A stretch of 64,000 bases of DNA, taken from NCBI GenBank assembly GCA_947652735.1, contig CANTEG010000015.1, forward strand, positions 2,165 through 66,164. Reading direction: 5' to 3'. A model generated the notes under the pieces. The model saw only the letters and a program-made list of their open reading frames with translations, was not told the origin of the DNA and ran no database searches. This document shows, piece after piece, positions 29,208-40,140 of the stretch. The stretch's first letter is position 1. Every line of letters starts with the position of its first letter. The stretch comes from an uncultured Lachnospiraceae bacterium. Its GTDB lineage: Bacteria > Bacillota > Clostridia > Lachnospirales > Lachnospiraceae. The translations under genes were made by a program, and so were the position numbers.

Positions 29208-30398
29208 ATGATTAATGAACTGTACAAGGATATGACAGGCAAAGGCTCTGTCATACGACAATTTTTTGCTTATGCAAATGAAAGGGCAAAGGAGGTAGGC
29301 TCAGAAAACGTTTTTAATTTTTCAATTGGAAACCCGTCAGTTCCGACTCCTCAAATTTTTACGGACTACATGGTTGAACTTCTGAATACAAAAGACCCTG
29401 TTGCACTCCACGGCTACAGCCCTACCTTAGGAATAGACTCCACAAGGGCAGCCATTGCCGATTCCTTAAACAAACGGTTTGGCATGAACTATACGGCTGA
29501 ACACATTTTTATGACAACAGGTGCCGCAGGTGCAATTGCACATGCAGTCAGGTGTGTGGTTACCGATAGTGATGAGGTTCTCACATTTGCCCCATATTTC
29601 CCTGAATATGTACCATATATAACAGGCACAGGTGCAAAGCTCACTATCGTCCCGGCAGATATTGATACATTCCAGATAAACTTTAACGAATTCGAAAAGG
29701 CACTGAATCCTAATGTTCAGGCTATTTTAATTAACTCCCCTAACAATCCTTCGGGTATTGTTTACTCTACAGAAACAATTAAAAAGCTTGCGGAAATTTT
29801 AAATGCAAAACAAAAAGAATATGGCCACGATATATACCTTATTTCAGATGAGCCATACAGGGAAATCGTTTTTGAAGGAACGGATTCTCCTTTTATATCA
29901 GCTTTTTACGACAACAGTATTTGCTGTTACTCTTTCAGTAAATCGGTATCTCTGCCAGGCGAACGTATGGGATATGTCGCTGTAAATCCTGCCTGTAAAG
30001 ATGCGGCACTTATTGTGCTTATGTGTGGTCAGATATCCCGTTTTACAGGACACAACTGCCCGCCATCCATTATTCAGCTCGCAGTTGAAAAAATACTTGA
30101 TACAACAAGCGACCTCAGTATATATGAGAAAAATAAAAACATACTATACAAAGAGCTTACGAGGATAGGCTATCATATTGTTGAACCGGGCGGAACCTTT
30201 TATATGTTCCCTCGTTCCCTTACGGATGATGCAAACGAATTCTGCTGGAAAGCAGCAAAGGAGCTTGACCTTATCACCGTTCCGGGCGACAGCTTTAACT
30301 GTCCGGGGCACTTCAGAATATCCTACTGTGTTACTACTGATATGATTGAACGGTCAATTCCTCTTTTTGAAAAGTTATACAAAATGTACCGCGATTAA
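29208..30398 (+). CDS. Class I/II PLP-dependent aminotransferase
   Basis: NSPNNPSG, SDEPY, SFSKSVSLPGERMGY. Confidence 0.92.
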   Translation: MINELYKDMTGKGSVIRQFFAYANERAKEVGSENVFNFSIGNPSVPTPQIFTDYMVELLNTKDPVALHGYSPTLGIDSTRAAIADSLNKRFGMNYTAEHIFMTTGAAGAIAHAVRCVVTDSDEVLTFAPYFPEYVPYITGTGAKLTIVPADIDTFQINFNEFEKALNPNVQAILINSPNNPSGIVYSTETIKKLAEILNAKQKEYGHDIYLISDEPYREIVFEGTDSPFISAFYDNSICCYSFSKSVSLPGERMGYVAVNPACKDAALIVLMCGQISRFTGHNCPPSIIQLAVEKILDTTSDLSIYEKNKNILYKELTRIGYHIVEPGGTFYMFPRSLTDDANEFCWKAAKELDLITVPGDSFNCPGHFRISYCVTTDMIERSIPLFEKLYKMYRD

Positions 30399-30493
30399 TG
30401 ATTGTATTTTAATCCCATATTTTGTATAATGAAACTTGATGCATTTAACAGGCATCATTGAAAGGTTTATAGTGTTCTTAGGAGGAAATATAC

Positions 30494-32026
30494 ATGTTAA
30501 CGAATAACAGTGCCGGAAAGAAACCGAAAAAATATACCGGCATACTTTTACATCCGACCTCCTTTCCGGGACCTTACGGAATAGGAGAGCTTGGTGACAG
30601 TGCTTACAAATTTATTGATTTTCTTGAACGTTCAGGACTTAATACATGGCAGGTTCTGCCCCTTGGACATACGGGATTCGGCGATTCCCCTTATCAGCCG
30701 TTTTCTGCGTTTGCAGGACAGCCTCTTATCATAAGTTTAGACCACTTAAAGCAGCTTGGACTTCTTGTTGAAAATGACTTTACAAATATGCCGTCATGGA
30801 ACCCTGAGCAGGTAAGCTACGGCGACCTGATTGAGTTTAAGACAAATTTGCTCAAAACTGCTTATGAACGTTTTTCAGATGAAGAATATCACGACAATTT
30901 TTCAGGAAGCAGCGAGCTTATGGAAAGATATACTGACTTTTGTGACAACTCCTACTGGCTGGAGGATTACGCTCTCTTTATGGCTGGAAAAGATTACCAT
31001 GATGGTATGCCGTGGTACATGTGGGAGGACGATTTAAAGAAACCGACAAAACGTCAAAAAACAGCGTGGATAAAGAAACTGGCAAAGGAAATGGGCTACT
31101 ACAAATTTATTCAGTTTATGTTTTACATTGAGTGGATGGACCTCAAAAAATACGCCAATGATAAAGGAATTTCCATCATTGGCGATATCCCTATTTTCAT
31201 GGCATGGGACAGTGTGGATGTATGGGCTGACCAAAGTCTGTTTTTATTGGATAGCGACGGTTACCCTACGGTTGTTGCAGGTGTTCCGCCTGATTACTTT
31301 TCAGCGACAGGGCAGCTTTGGGGCAATCCGCTTTACAATTGGAAAAACCATACGAAAACAGGCTATGACTGGTGGCTGAACCGCATTAAATTCCAGCTTA
31401 CGTTAACAGACTTCCTCAGAATAGACCACTTCAGAGGCTTCGACAAATTTTGGGCAGTTCCTTATGGTGAGGAAACTGCAATGAACGGAGAATGGCTTGA
31501 GGCTCCGGGTGTAAACTTCTTTACACAGCTTGAAGCAACGCTCGGTTACCATCTTCCGATTATTGCCGAGGACCTTGGAGAAATAGATGACTCCGTTATA
31601 GAGCTTCGGGACAAATTTGGATTCCCGGGTATGAAAATACTCCAATTTGCATTTGAAAATCCTGAGGAAAATGATTTCCTCCCTCATAATTATGTGAGAA
31701 ACTGTGTCTGCTATACCGGTACACACGACAATGACACAACTTTAGGCTGGTATAACCACGCATATGAGGCATCTAAGGATAAGCTTAGAAGGTACTTTTC
31801 AACGGATGGATTTGATATTTGTTGGATTCTCATACGGGCATGCTTTGGTTCAGTTGCCAATATGGCGATTGTACCATTACAGGATGTACTCTCTCTTGAC
31901 TCATGGGCAAGATTTAATACACCTGGTGTCGGTGAGGGCAACTGGGCATGGCGATACACTCAAAATGCACTGACCCCTGCACTGGAAGCAAGACTCTATG
32001 AGACATGTAAAATGTTTGGCAGGTAA
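30494..32026 (+). CDS. malQ: 4-alpha-glucanotransferase
   Basis: GILLHPTSFPG, AGVPPDYFSATGQLWGNP, RIDHFRG, AEDLG, YTGTHDN. Confidence 0.96.
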   Translation: MLTNNSAGKKPKKYTGILLHPTSFPGPYGIGELGDSAYKFIDFLERSGLNTWQVLPLGHTGFGDSPYQPFSAFAGQPLIISLDHLKQLGLLVENDFTNMPSWNPEQVSYGDLIEFKTNLLKTAYERFSDEEYHDNFSGSSELMERYTDFCDNSYWLEDYALFMAGKDYHDGMPWYMWEDDLKKPTKRQKTAWIKKLAKEMGYYKFIQFMFYIEWMDLKKYANDKGISIIGDIPIFMAWDSVDVWADQSLFLLDSDGYPTVVAGVPPDYFSATGQLWGNPLYNWKNHTKTGYDWWLNRIKFQLTLTDFLRIDHFRGFDKFWAVPYGEETAMNGEWLEAPGVNFFTQLEATLGYHLPIIAEDLGEIDDSVIELRDKFGFPGMKILQFAFENPEENDFLPHNYVRNCVCYTGTHDNDTTLGWYNHAYEASKDKLRRYFSTDGFDICWILIRACFGSVANMAIVPLQDVLSLDSWARFNTPGVGEGNWAWRYTQNALTPALEARLYETCKMFGR

Positions 32027-32031
32027 CGTGT

Positions 32032-32760
32032 ATGAAAACTATCGGAGTATTTATATTTCTTATGATTGCTTTGTTTTTTTCGCTTCCGTACCACTGGTAC
32101 TTAAAGAAGCTTTGGAAGAAAAACCCAAGCAAATCATGGGAAAAAAGTAGAAAATATGTTTCAGGGTTTTTTAGGGCGGAGCTTAAAATTTCCGGCTGTA
32201 AGCCTGAAATTATTGGAAAAGAAAATATCCCTGCAAATTCACCCGTTCTTTATGTGGGTAATCACAGAAGCTATTTTGATATACTTGTTTACCATGAAGC
32301 CATCGGTAAACCTGTAGGCTTTATAGCAAAGATGGAAATGCGTAAAATTCCGCTTTTGCCTTTGTACATGGATGATATAGGTTGTCTGTTTTTGGAGAGG
32401 GATAACATAAAACAGGGACTTGCAATTATCAATCAGGGAGCGGAGTTTTTAAAAATGGGACATTCCATGATTTTGTTTCCTGAGGGGCACCGAAATCAGG
32501 GTGAAACGCTTCTTCCATTCAGGGAGGGCGGCTATAAAATGGCAGAAAAAGCCAAGTGTCCGATTGTTCCGGTCGCTATTTCCGGTTCCGATTTACTTTT
32601 GGAATCAGCACCTAAAAAACAGGTCAGAAAAGGTAAGGTAATTATTGAATTCGGTAAACCGCTTTATCCTATGGAGCTTCCTCCAAAGGAAAGAAAAGCG
32701 TTACTTGCAACACTGCCTGATATTATTCAGGAAATGAAAGATAAACACGAAATTAATTAG
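32032..32760 (+). CDS. plsC: 1-acyl-sn-glycerol-3-phosphate acyltransferase
   Basis: NHRSYFD, FPEGHR. Confidence 0.85.
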   Translation: MKTIGVFIFLMIALFFSLPYHWYLKKLWKKNPSKSWEKSRKYVSGFFRAELKISGCKPEIIGKENIPANSPVLYVGNHRSYFDILVYHEAIGKPVGFIAKMEMRKIPLLPLYMDDIGCLFLERDNIKQGLAIINQGAEFLKMGHSMILFPEGHRNQGETLLPFREGGYKMAEKAKCPIVPVAISGSDLLLESAPKKQVRKGKVIIEFGKPLYPMELPPKERKALLATLPDIIQEMKDKHEIN

Positions 32761-32776
32761 AGGAGGTAACACACTT

Positions 32777-33367
32777 ATGCCTTGGTGGGGAATAATGCTT
32801 ATTATAATGGCGGTAGCCCTTGTAATACTTTTCGTACTATACAAAGTCGGTGATAAGTTACAGAAGAAACAAATGGCTCAGAAGGAGCAGATTGCAGAGG
32901 CGGCTCAACCTGCTTCAATGCTTGTCATAGATAAAAAAATCTTGCCGCTTAAGGACGCTAATCTTCCAAAAATGGTTATGGAACAAACGCCTAAAAGATA
33001 TCAGAAAGCGAAGCTTCCTATCGTTAAAGCTAAGGTTGGTCCGCAAATTATGAACTTCATCTGTGACGAGGCAATATTTGAAGATGTGCCTGTGAAAGGC
33101 GAAGTGAAAGCAATGATTAGCGGAATATACATAATCAGCGTAAAGAGTGTCCGTGGCAGAAAGAATAATCAACCTGTAGAGGAAGAGAATGGAAAGAAGA
33201 AAAAGAAGAGCTTTAGGGCAAAAATGGCTGCCAAGCAGGCAGAATACCAGAGACAGTTAAACGAAGAGCTTCTTTCTAAAAAGGACAATAAGGCAAAAGA
33301 AAAAACAAAGGAAGAAATTAAAAAAGAAAAAGAAAGAGCAAAGAAGATTAAAGATGGAATTAAATAA
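32777..33367 (+). CDS. Hypothetical protein with N-terminal TM anchor and Lys-rich tail
   Basis: GGAGG RBS; co-oriented in the operon. Confidence 0.75.
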   Translation: MPWWGIMLIIMAVALVILFVLYKVGDKLQKKQMAQKEQIAEAAQPASMLVIDKKILPLKDANLPKMVMEQTPKRYQKAKLPIVKAKVGPQIMNFICDEAIFEDVPVKGEVKAMISGIYIISVKSVRGRKNNQPVEEENGKKKKKSFRAKMAAKQAEYQRQLNEELLSKKDNKAKEKTKEEIKKEKERAKKIKDGIK

Positions 33368-34223
33368 AAGCTTAAAAATAAAAGATATCGTTTTTATGTT
33401 TTTACCATTGATTATTATGGTGGTTATTCAATGTGCCGTCAATGCATTTGATGTGTTAATCATTTTTATTTCAAATTTGATTTCTGACGAAAAAACGGTC
33501 AGGGTACGTACCATTGAATCAATTATGTCTGATGCTTACAGACAGCCTATGAATATCGCCTACATGACTCTTGCCAGATATATTTTATATATTCTTATTT
33601 TCGGTATATGGCTTTACCACATCAGTTCTTCTGATGAACGTAAGTCAATTGTTCGCCGCCCGGCTATACTTACAACGGCTCTGCTCGTTGCAGCCGGTTG
33701 GAGCGGACAAATTTTTGTTGACAGCATTCTTACTCTTGTAAGACCTTATTTCCCAAATACATTTGAAAATTATGACAAGCTGACAACAAATGTTACAGGT
33801 GCAGGTTCATCATGGGTGCTGCTCTTGGCCGTTTTTGTTGCCGCACCTATCGGTGAAGAACTGCTATTTCGTGGCCTTATGCAAAGATATATAAAGACCT
33901 TCTTTGGAAAGGTCTTTACGAAAAACGTTGCTATTTTTACGGTGCTGACACAGGCACTTTTGTTTGCGTTATATCACGGAAATATTGTACAGGGCATTTA
34001 TGCTTTTATTATGGGTATTTTTCTCGGTGTCCTCGCCCTGCAGTTTGGCAGCCTCATCCCCGGCATCCTATTTCACATGGCTATCAACATCAGTATTCTT
34101 CTTGTGCCTAAAATATTTTTTGCCACAACGACAGCAACCGTAGTCAGCGGTATTTTATGTCTCGCGGCATTTTTATTATTTATCATTTTGATATACCGCA
34201 TGAATTCGGCTAAGAAAGCTTAA
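33354..34223 (+). CDS. CPBP (CAAX/Abi) intramembrane metalloprotease
   Basis: PIGEELLFRG, LFALYHGN, ILFHMAIN. Confidence 0.9.
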   Translation: MELNKSLKIKDIVFMFLPLIIMVVIQCAVNAFDVLIIFISNLISDEKTVRVRTIESIMSDAYRQPMNIAYMTLARYILYILIFGIWLYHISSSDERKSIVRRPAILTTALLVAAGWSGQIFVDSILTLVRPYFPNTFENYDKLTTNVTGAGSSWVLLLAVFVAAPIGEELLFRGLMQRYIKTFFGKVFTKNVAIFTVLTQALLFALYHGNIVQGIYAFIMGIFLGVLALQFGSLIPGILFHMAINISILLVPKIFFATTTATVVSGILCLAAFLLFIILIYRMNSAKKA

Positions 34224-34236
34224 ACCGTAGCTTCTT

Positions 34237-34890
34237 CTATTGCTCAAGCTCGTATATATATACTTTCTCGTCAGGGTCAAACCTGTAAGCAGGAAGCTTT
34301 ATAATACTTGAAAGCTTAAACGGCGTAGACCTCATTGTCTCCATCATGGCATACGTACAATAATATAAAATCACCGTCACTTTTCTCGGAAAGTGCTTCA
34401 CAGACGCCACCAGCTTATTCAAAAAGTCCTCCAAAATATCTTTGGAAAACGGATTGAACATATAAAAGAAATTATCCTTTGACTCTATCACATAATCCTC
34501 AGCTTTCATGTTAAGGAGACAGAACTTTCTTTCCTGATTTTTAAATCTCACATGATAGTATGCCGCATTATCCTGCAAACGGTCATATATTTCCTTATCG
34601 TACTCCACACCCGTCACATTGCACATGAATCTCTGGTTGCAATAAAACAAAACCCTGCCCATACCACATCCAATATCAACAAGTGTATCCTGAGGTGTAA
34701 GGGTAACTTCATCAAATATTTTAATTAAACCCTCATACTCGGATGCCTCATAAGGATAATATTGTCCCTTTTCATTTCTTTTGCTAAATTCCTTATTTGC
34801 AAATACCACCTCCTCGTCAGCAGTATTCACGCCAAGAAATTTTTCAAACATTTCTTCCCTATCCACTATAGTACCCCTATCCTTGAACAT
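34237..34890 (-). CDS. Class I SAM-dependent methyltransferase
   Basis: VDIGCGMGR, GVEYD, YMFNPF. Confidence 0.8.
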   Translation of the reverse strand: MFKDRGTIVDREEMFEKFLGVNTADEEVVFANKEFSKRNEKGQYYPYEASEYEGLIKIFDEVTLTPQDTLVDIGCGMGRVLFYCNQRFMCNVTGVEYDKEIYDRLQDNAAYYHVRFKNQERKFCLLNMKAEDYVIESKDNFFYMFNPFSKDILEDFLNKLVASVKHFPRKVTVILYYCTYAMMETMRSTPFKLSSIIKLPAYRFDPDEKVYIYELEQ

Positions 34891-34962
34891 CCGTACATTC
34901 CAAATCTACTTGCACAAATTACTCTGATATACCATTCTGAGTTTCATAAAACTTGGCATATA

Positions 34963-35382
34963 TCATGCACGTTCTGTTATCAGAATATACAGGTTCATCA
35001 ATTGCGGCGGTTCCTTATCTCCATTCATGCTTAGTAAATATGTCACATCTACCACCTTACTTCCGTCTACGCGTTCCTCAAACAGGTACTCCTCCGTCTT
35101 TACGGAAACTGGTATCGTTCCAAATGCAAGTCCATATACCGCATGATGCACAAGACCTTCTTCGTAAATCAAATCTGATGTGACCTCACCGCGTTTTGTC
35201 ACTCTCATATTTTGGGGATTAATTTGTAAGGTTGAGCGTGTCATTTTTTTATTGCCTGACAAATCCTCAACATAGACAAGCCGATAACTGCGTTTCCCCT
35301 GTTTTTCCATTACCGCAAAAACATCTGACTCTGTACTATCCCCATTTTCATCTGTAGTAATAAACTTTATATTAACCTTCAT
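34963..35382 (-). CDS. DUF1934-like protein
   Basis: Beta-rich; YGLAFGTIPVSVKT resembles the family motif. Confidence 0.6.
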   Translation of the reverse strand: MKVNIKFITTDENGDSTESDVFAVMEKQGKRSYRLVYVEDLSGNKKMTRSTLQINPQNMRVTKRGEVTSDLIYEEGLVHHAVYGLAFGTIPVSVKTEEYLFEERVDGSKVVDVTYLLSMNGDKEPPQLMNLYILITERA

Positions 35383-35439
35383 ATATGAAATCCCTTTTTA
35401 CTTTGTTAGCTTTAATATATACAAATTTCAAATATTTAA

Positions 35440-36243
35440 TTAATAACTTTCTATATCAATAATATTTACACCGTCAACATGTATCGGTAAAACGCTGTTT
35501 GCAAAGGATTTAAATTTATCCACACCGTCACTTACATAAAAATCATAAACCGGTGACTTATCCTTTGAGCATACTAATCCATTTTCCCTAAGTATATTTT
35601 TAAGTTCCTTTGCCGTTTCGTAAGCAGGATTAACCAGCGTTACATTTTCTCCCATATATCTTTGTATCGGATTTGCAAGAAGCGGATAATGTGTACAGCC
35701 AAGCACAAGCACATCAACGTTATATGCCTTAAGCTCTGACAAATACCTGTCGACCATATCGTCAGTTATCCTGTCCTCAATCAGCCCCTCCTCAACCAGA
35801 GGCACAAACAGTGGACATGCCTTACCGATAACCGTTACATCACTGTCAATCTGTCTTATGTACTCCGTGTATATCCCTGACTTTACGGTCCCCTCCGTGG
35901 CAATGATACCTACACTTTTGGTCTTGGATTTTTCGGCAGCCATTTTTGCACCTGGTCTTACAACACCAACTACAGGCACCTCCATATCCGTTCTCATATC
36001 CTCAAGTGCAAGTGCACTTGCCGTGTTGCAGGCAACTACAATAGCCTTAACCTTTTTTGTCATCAAAAACCGTACAATCTGTTTTGAATACTTAAGCACA
36101 GTCTGTTTGGATTTACTGCCGTACGGAACTCTTGCTGTATCTCCAAAATAAATAACATCCTCACTGGGAAGCTGGCGCATAATTTCTCTCACAACGGTAA
36201 GTCCGCCTACTCCCGAATCAAATACTCCTATCGGCGCGTCCAT
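35440..36243 (-). CDS. murI: Glutamate racemase
   Basis: FDSGVGGLTV, VACNTASA, LGCTHYP. Confidence 0.96.
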   Translation of the reverse strand: MDAPIGVFDSGVGGLTVVREIMRQLPSEDVIYFGDTARVPYGSKSKQTVLKYSKQIVRFLMTKKVKAIVVACNTASALALEDMRTDMEVPVVGVVRPGAKMAAEKSKTKSVGIIATEGTVKSGIYTEYIRQIDSDVTVIGKACPLFVPLVEEGLIEDRITDDMVDRYLSELKAYNVDVLVLGCTHYPLLANPIQRYMGENVTLVNPAYETAKELKNILRENGLVCSKDKSPVYDFYVSDGVDKFKSFANSVLPIHVDGVNIIDIESY

Positions 36244-36252
36244 GCTTTCCTC

Positions 36253-37323
36253 CTACTCTCTTTCTCCTGACATTTCAATCAGCGTATCGACAAGCTTTTT
36301 TATATCATATCCCTTAGCATCCCAAAGCATTGGATACATGCTGATTGATGTAAAGCCCGGAAGTGTATTTATCTCGTTAAATACAACTTCGTTTGTTTCA
36401 TTTTCTAAGAAGAAATCTACCCGTGAAAGACCAAATCCATCAAGTGCATTAAAAATGCTGACTGCATCTTTCCTGATTTCATCCTCCACTCCTAGTGGAA
36501 GCTCAGGGCCTATTACAGTCTTGGACTCCCCGCTGTAATATTTTGCATCAAAATCATAGAAATCTGCTGCCGCAAGTATCTCACCCACACCCGATGCCCT
36601 TGCAGTCTTGTCATGTCCCAAAACCGCACACTCAAGCTCTCTTCCAAAAATTGTTTCCTCGACCAGAATTTTATAGTCATGCTCTGCCGCAATATTCAGT
36701 GCCGAAATAAGCCCTTCCCTGTCCTCTGCCTTTGAAACACCCTTGGACGAACCTGCCTTTGAAGGCTTTACAAAAACAGGATAATCAAGTTCTGCTTCCA
36801 CCCTGCCTACAACCTCATCCATGTCTGTCAACTGGTTCTTAAGAACGGGAACATATTTCGCCTGCCTGATATTCAGTGTATCAACAATCAGCTTTGTATA
36901 AAACTTATCCATTGCTGCTGCCGATGCAAGAACACCACATCCCACATACGGAATACCTGCTATCTCAAACAGCCCCTGTATCGTTCCGTCCTCTCCATAC
37001 ATTCCGTGAAGTACAGGGAAGACAACATCTATTTTAACACGTTCGGCATTTGTAACTGTATTTCCCTCAACCATTCCAACAATCATTTCACCTTTCGCAT
37101 CAGGTGATATAATTGCACTTTTTTTGCTCTGCCTCCAGCTTCCATCCTCAATAGATGCCATGCTGTCCGCCAGCAGCCACGTTCCCTCTTCTGTGATTCC
37201 AATCAAATAAGTGTTATATTTTTGCTCATCTATAGCTTTTGCAATCGTAACAACTGACATGCACGATATTTCATGCTCCGATGACCTTCCTCCGAATATA
37301 ACTGCGATATTTTTCTTTTCCAT
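36253..37323 (-). CDS. ddl: D-alanine--D-alanine ligase
   Basis: GGRSSEHEIS, LHGMYGEDG, GSSKG, FYDFDAKY, NEINTLPG. Start moved to MEKK (GGAGG RBS). Confidence 0.95.
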   Translation of the reverse strand: MEKKNIAVIFGGRSSEHEISCMSVVTIAKAIDEQKYNTYLIGITEEGTWLLADSMASIEDGSWRQSKKSAIISPDAKGEMIVGMVEGNTVTNAERVKIDVVFPVLHGMYGEDGTIQGLFEIAGIPYVGCGVLASAAAMDKFYTKLIVDTLNIRQAKYVPVLKNQLTDMDEVVGRVEAELDYPVFVKPSKAGSSKGVSKAEDREGLISALNIAAEHDYKILVEETIFGRELECAVLGHDKTARASGVGEILAAADFYDFDAKYYSGESKTVIGPELPLGVEDEIRKDAVSIFNALDGFGLSRVDFFLENETNEVVFNEINTLPGFTSISMYPMLWDAKGYDIKKLVDTLIEMSGERE

Positions 37324-37532
37324 GTTTTCCTCCGTATAATAAATCATTTATATATAATAAATGTTTTCAACTGTAATAAAAGAACTTCCTCATTATATCA
37401 TGTCGCCTATCGGCTCCATGTTTTTTTCGCATTATAGGTTTTTGTGCAAGCACAAAACCTGCAATGCTCATTATATCATTTGTCCATATGCAAAAGCAAT
37501 AGAAAAGGACAGACCCAGTCTGTCCCTTTATG

Positions 37533-38282
37533 CTATAGTATCCAGTCGAGAATTTTAAATCTTACTTTTACTTTGTCTCTTTTTACTTCTCTCGTTACAA
37601 ATAATTTTTCGTATTCCTCAGGTGATATACATCTGGCTATTTCCTCTGCATCCTCATTTGTCAAAACTGCTGCCGACTCATAGGTATAACATGTCATCGG
37701 ATATAAAACACACCAAAAGTTTTCCCCCTGCGCCTGCCCGATATCTATACGGAGTGCCTGATATTCGCCTGCCGGAAAAACCATGTCACCGTACTGTCTC
37801 ATTGGAAAATAATCATTGGAAATATACACATTTACGGGATATGCAAATCCTTTTTCTGTCACGGTATCAGCAGCTATGTCTTGTATATGCCACAAATTTG
37901 CGGCCAGATAATCCATTACCTCCTCTCTTGTTTTGTTTCCCTCAAGCTCACCGCCTATCTCCATAAGGACCGCATCCCTTACCGCATATTTTAATGCTAT
38001 ATCCTCGTCACTGTTACTGTTTGCTTTAACGTGAAATCTAAGTATTACATCCTCAAGACTGGTACATTCCGGTGGATTTGTGTTCGCAGTCAAAAGAGCA
38101 TCCGCATCTGACTGTTCATTTTCACCAAATACATTTACCACATTATCTGTATATTTATTTGCCATATTTCCATCTATAATTTTTTTAAAATGCATACCGT
38201 AGGATAAACCTAAGCCGCCTACCACACCTATAAATATACCGATAAATGCCCCACGCATTATTCTTCCCATATTACTTCTCAT
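37533..38282 (-). CDS. spoIIR: Stage II sporulation protein R
   Basis: LRFHVKANSNSDED, FPMRQYG, PAGEYQALRI, ENFWCVLYP. Confidence 0.92.
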   Translation of the reverse strand: MRSNMGRIMRGAFIGIFIGVVGGLGLSYGMHFKKIIDGNMANKYTDNVVNVFGENEQSDADALLTANTNPPECTSLEDVILRFHVKANSNSDEDIALKYAVRDAVLMEIGGELEGNKTREEVMDYLAANLWHIQDIAADTVTEKGFAYPVNVYISNDYFPMRQYGDMVFPAGEYQALRIDIGQAQGENFWCVLYPMTCYTYESAAVLTNEDAEEIARCISPEEYEKLFVTREVKRDKVKVRFKILDWIL

Positions 38283-38586
38283 AACATTACCTCCTAATTT
38301 GAATTACAGAAACCGGCAAAACTCTATTTTTTGCAGACATCGCTTGTACAATACTTTAGAAATCATGTGTTTTGCCCACCTCCGAAATTTACCTTCTGCA
38401 TATTGCATTTTGCCTACTTTCAATAGCATTCTTTCATAATAATTCCCATATTTTGGATTTTTAAACCTTGTTATTCTTTATTGAACATGTGGCTTTTTAA
38501 AATGGTAATTTTTTGTTTTTTTGCATGATAAGAAAAAAATGGTACATACTATCTCTACTATTTTTAAATATTTAAGAGGGATTGAC

Positions 38587-40134
38587 ATGGCAAATAATAA
38601 TCAAAACACCAATGTGGAAAGTTTATTTGACAGTAATAACAAATTAAAGGTTAACATTAAACCAAGCCTTGATGAAAATGTGTCCGTATTAAATACACTT
38701 TTTGACAAGTGTGGAGATGCGGTTCAAAAGCCATTTATTATAGAACGGGAACAAGGTCCCGTCCGAATTCACATTATTTATATTGATGGTCTTACGGATA
38801 ACGGCATGGTGGAAGAAACAATCATTAAACCTGTTTCCTACGAGTGGCGGTATGAAAATGAAAAAGACATATGGGATTCCATACTTTACCGTGAAGCACA
38901 AACCGTTGATATAAAAGAGGAAACATCCTTCGACCTTGTTATAGGCTCTGTGCTTAAGGGTGATACTGCCATATTTGTGGATGGATATGCCAAGGCACTT
39001 ATCATGTCCACAAAAAAGCTTCCGCTCAGGGGCATAAACACAAATGACAGCGAGGCAGGCATGAGGGGGCCCAGAGACAGCTTTAACGAAGGATTCCGTC
39101 AGTCAACAGCCCTCATCCGAAGACGTATCCGCGATTCTAAGCTTAAGGTTGAGCAAAGCTTTATCGGTCAACGTTCAAGAACTGACTATGCAATTATGTA
39201 TTTGTCAGACATTGCAAAACCTGAGCTTGTAGAGGAAATTAAAAACCGTCTAGAAAAATATGATATTGATGCAATATACGACAGTGGAATGGCGGAACAT
39301 CTTCTTGAAGAAACACCTTATTCCCCATTTCCTGTTTTTCAGTCAACGACACGCCCTGATAAGGTTGCAGCAGCAATTACCGAAGGGCGCGTTGCAATCG
39401 TGTTTGATAACTCGCCCGAAGTCATCATTGCTCCTGCAAATTTTAACATGCTGCTACAGACGTCTGATGACTACTACAACCGATGGGCTGTGGGTACATT
39501 TGCCAGAATTCTCCGATATATAGCAACCTTTATTTCTGTTACACTTCCCGGATTCTATGTGGCAATTACCGTTTACCAGAGTGAAATAATTCCGACAAAG
39601 CTTTTATATGCCATATCCTCCGCAAGGTCTCTTGTCACGTTCCCCATTGTGTTAGAGGTCTTGATAATGGAATTTTTATTTGAGCTTCTACGGGAAGCGG
39701 GCATACGTCTCCCTGGTCCTTTGGGCAACACAATCGGAGTAGTTGGAGGTCTTATCGTCGGACAGTCAGCCGTGGAGGCAGGAATCGTCAGCACAATGGT
39801 TGTCATAGTCGTTGCACTGACGGCAATTGCTTCATTTGCAATACCAAATGAAGTATTTGCATCCGTTTTCCGCCTGCTAAAATTTTTCATCCTTTTGACC
39901 TCTGCATGTTTTGGTCTTTACGGATTTATACTTGGACTTCTTATTATAGCAATCCATCTGTCTGAGCTTACAAGCTTTGGTGTTCCTTATATGGCACCAA
40001 CAGTAGGCGGCGGCATAAACGGAATGGCAGGAAGTCAGGACTTTATCGTCAGGTCTCCAATTAAAGTAATGGTGAACCGTCCTATATGGGCACAAAAGAA
40101 AAGCAGAAGAAGATTAAAGCAAAAGGGAGAGTGA
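38587..40134 (+). CDS. Spore germination receptor A subunit (GerA family)
   Basis: RGPRDSFNE, TRPDKVA, LREAGIRLPGPLG, VGQSAVEAG. Confidence 0.92.
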   Translation: MANNNQNTNVESLFDSNNKLKVNIKPSLDENVSVLNTLFDKCGDAVQKPFIIEREQGPVRIHIIYIDGLTDNGMVEETIIKPVSYEWRYENEKDIWDSILYREAQTVDIKEETSFDLVIGSVLKGDTAIFVDGYAKALIMSTKKLPLRGINTNDSEAGMRGPRDSFNEGFRQSTALIRRRIRDSKLKVEQSFIGQRSRTDYAIMYLSDIAKPELVEEIKNRLEKYDIDAIYDSGMAEHLLEETPYSPFPVFQSTTRPDKVAAAITEGRVAIVFDNSPEVIIAPANFNMLLQTSDDYYNRWAVGTFARILRYIATFISVTLPGFYVAITVYQSEIIPTKLLYAISSARSLVTFPIVLEVLIMEFLFELLREAGIRLPGPLGNTIGVVGGLIVGQSAVEAGIVSTMVVIVVALTAIASFAIPNEVFASVFRLLKFFILLTSACFGLYGFILGLLIIAIHLSELTSFGVPYMAPTVGGGINGMAGSQDFIVRSPIKVMVNRPIWAQKKSRRRLKQKGE

Positions 40135-40140
40135 TAATAA

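Noticed and set aside
36520-36570. Ddl omega loop FYDFDAKY as a possible D-Ala-D-Lac (vancomycin-resistance) ligase
   Set aside because: The diagnostic residue after Lys is Tyr (KY), as in D-Ala-D-Ala ligases, and no van genes are nearby.
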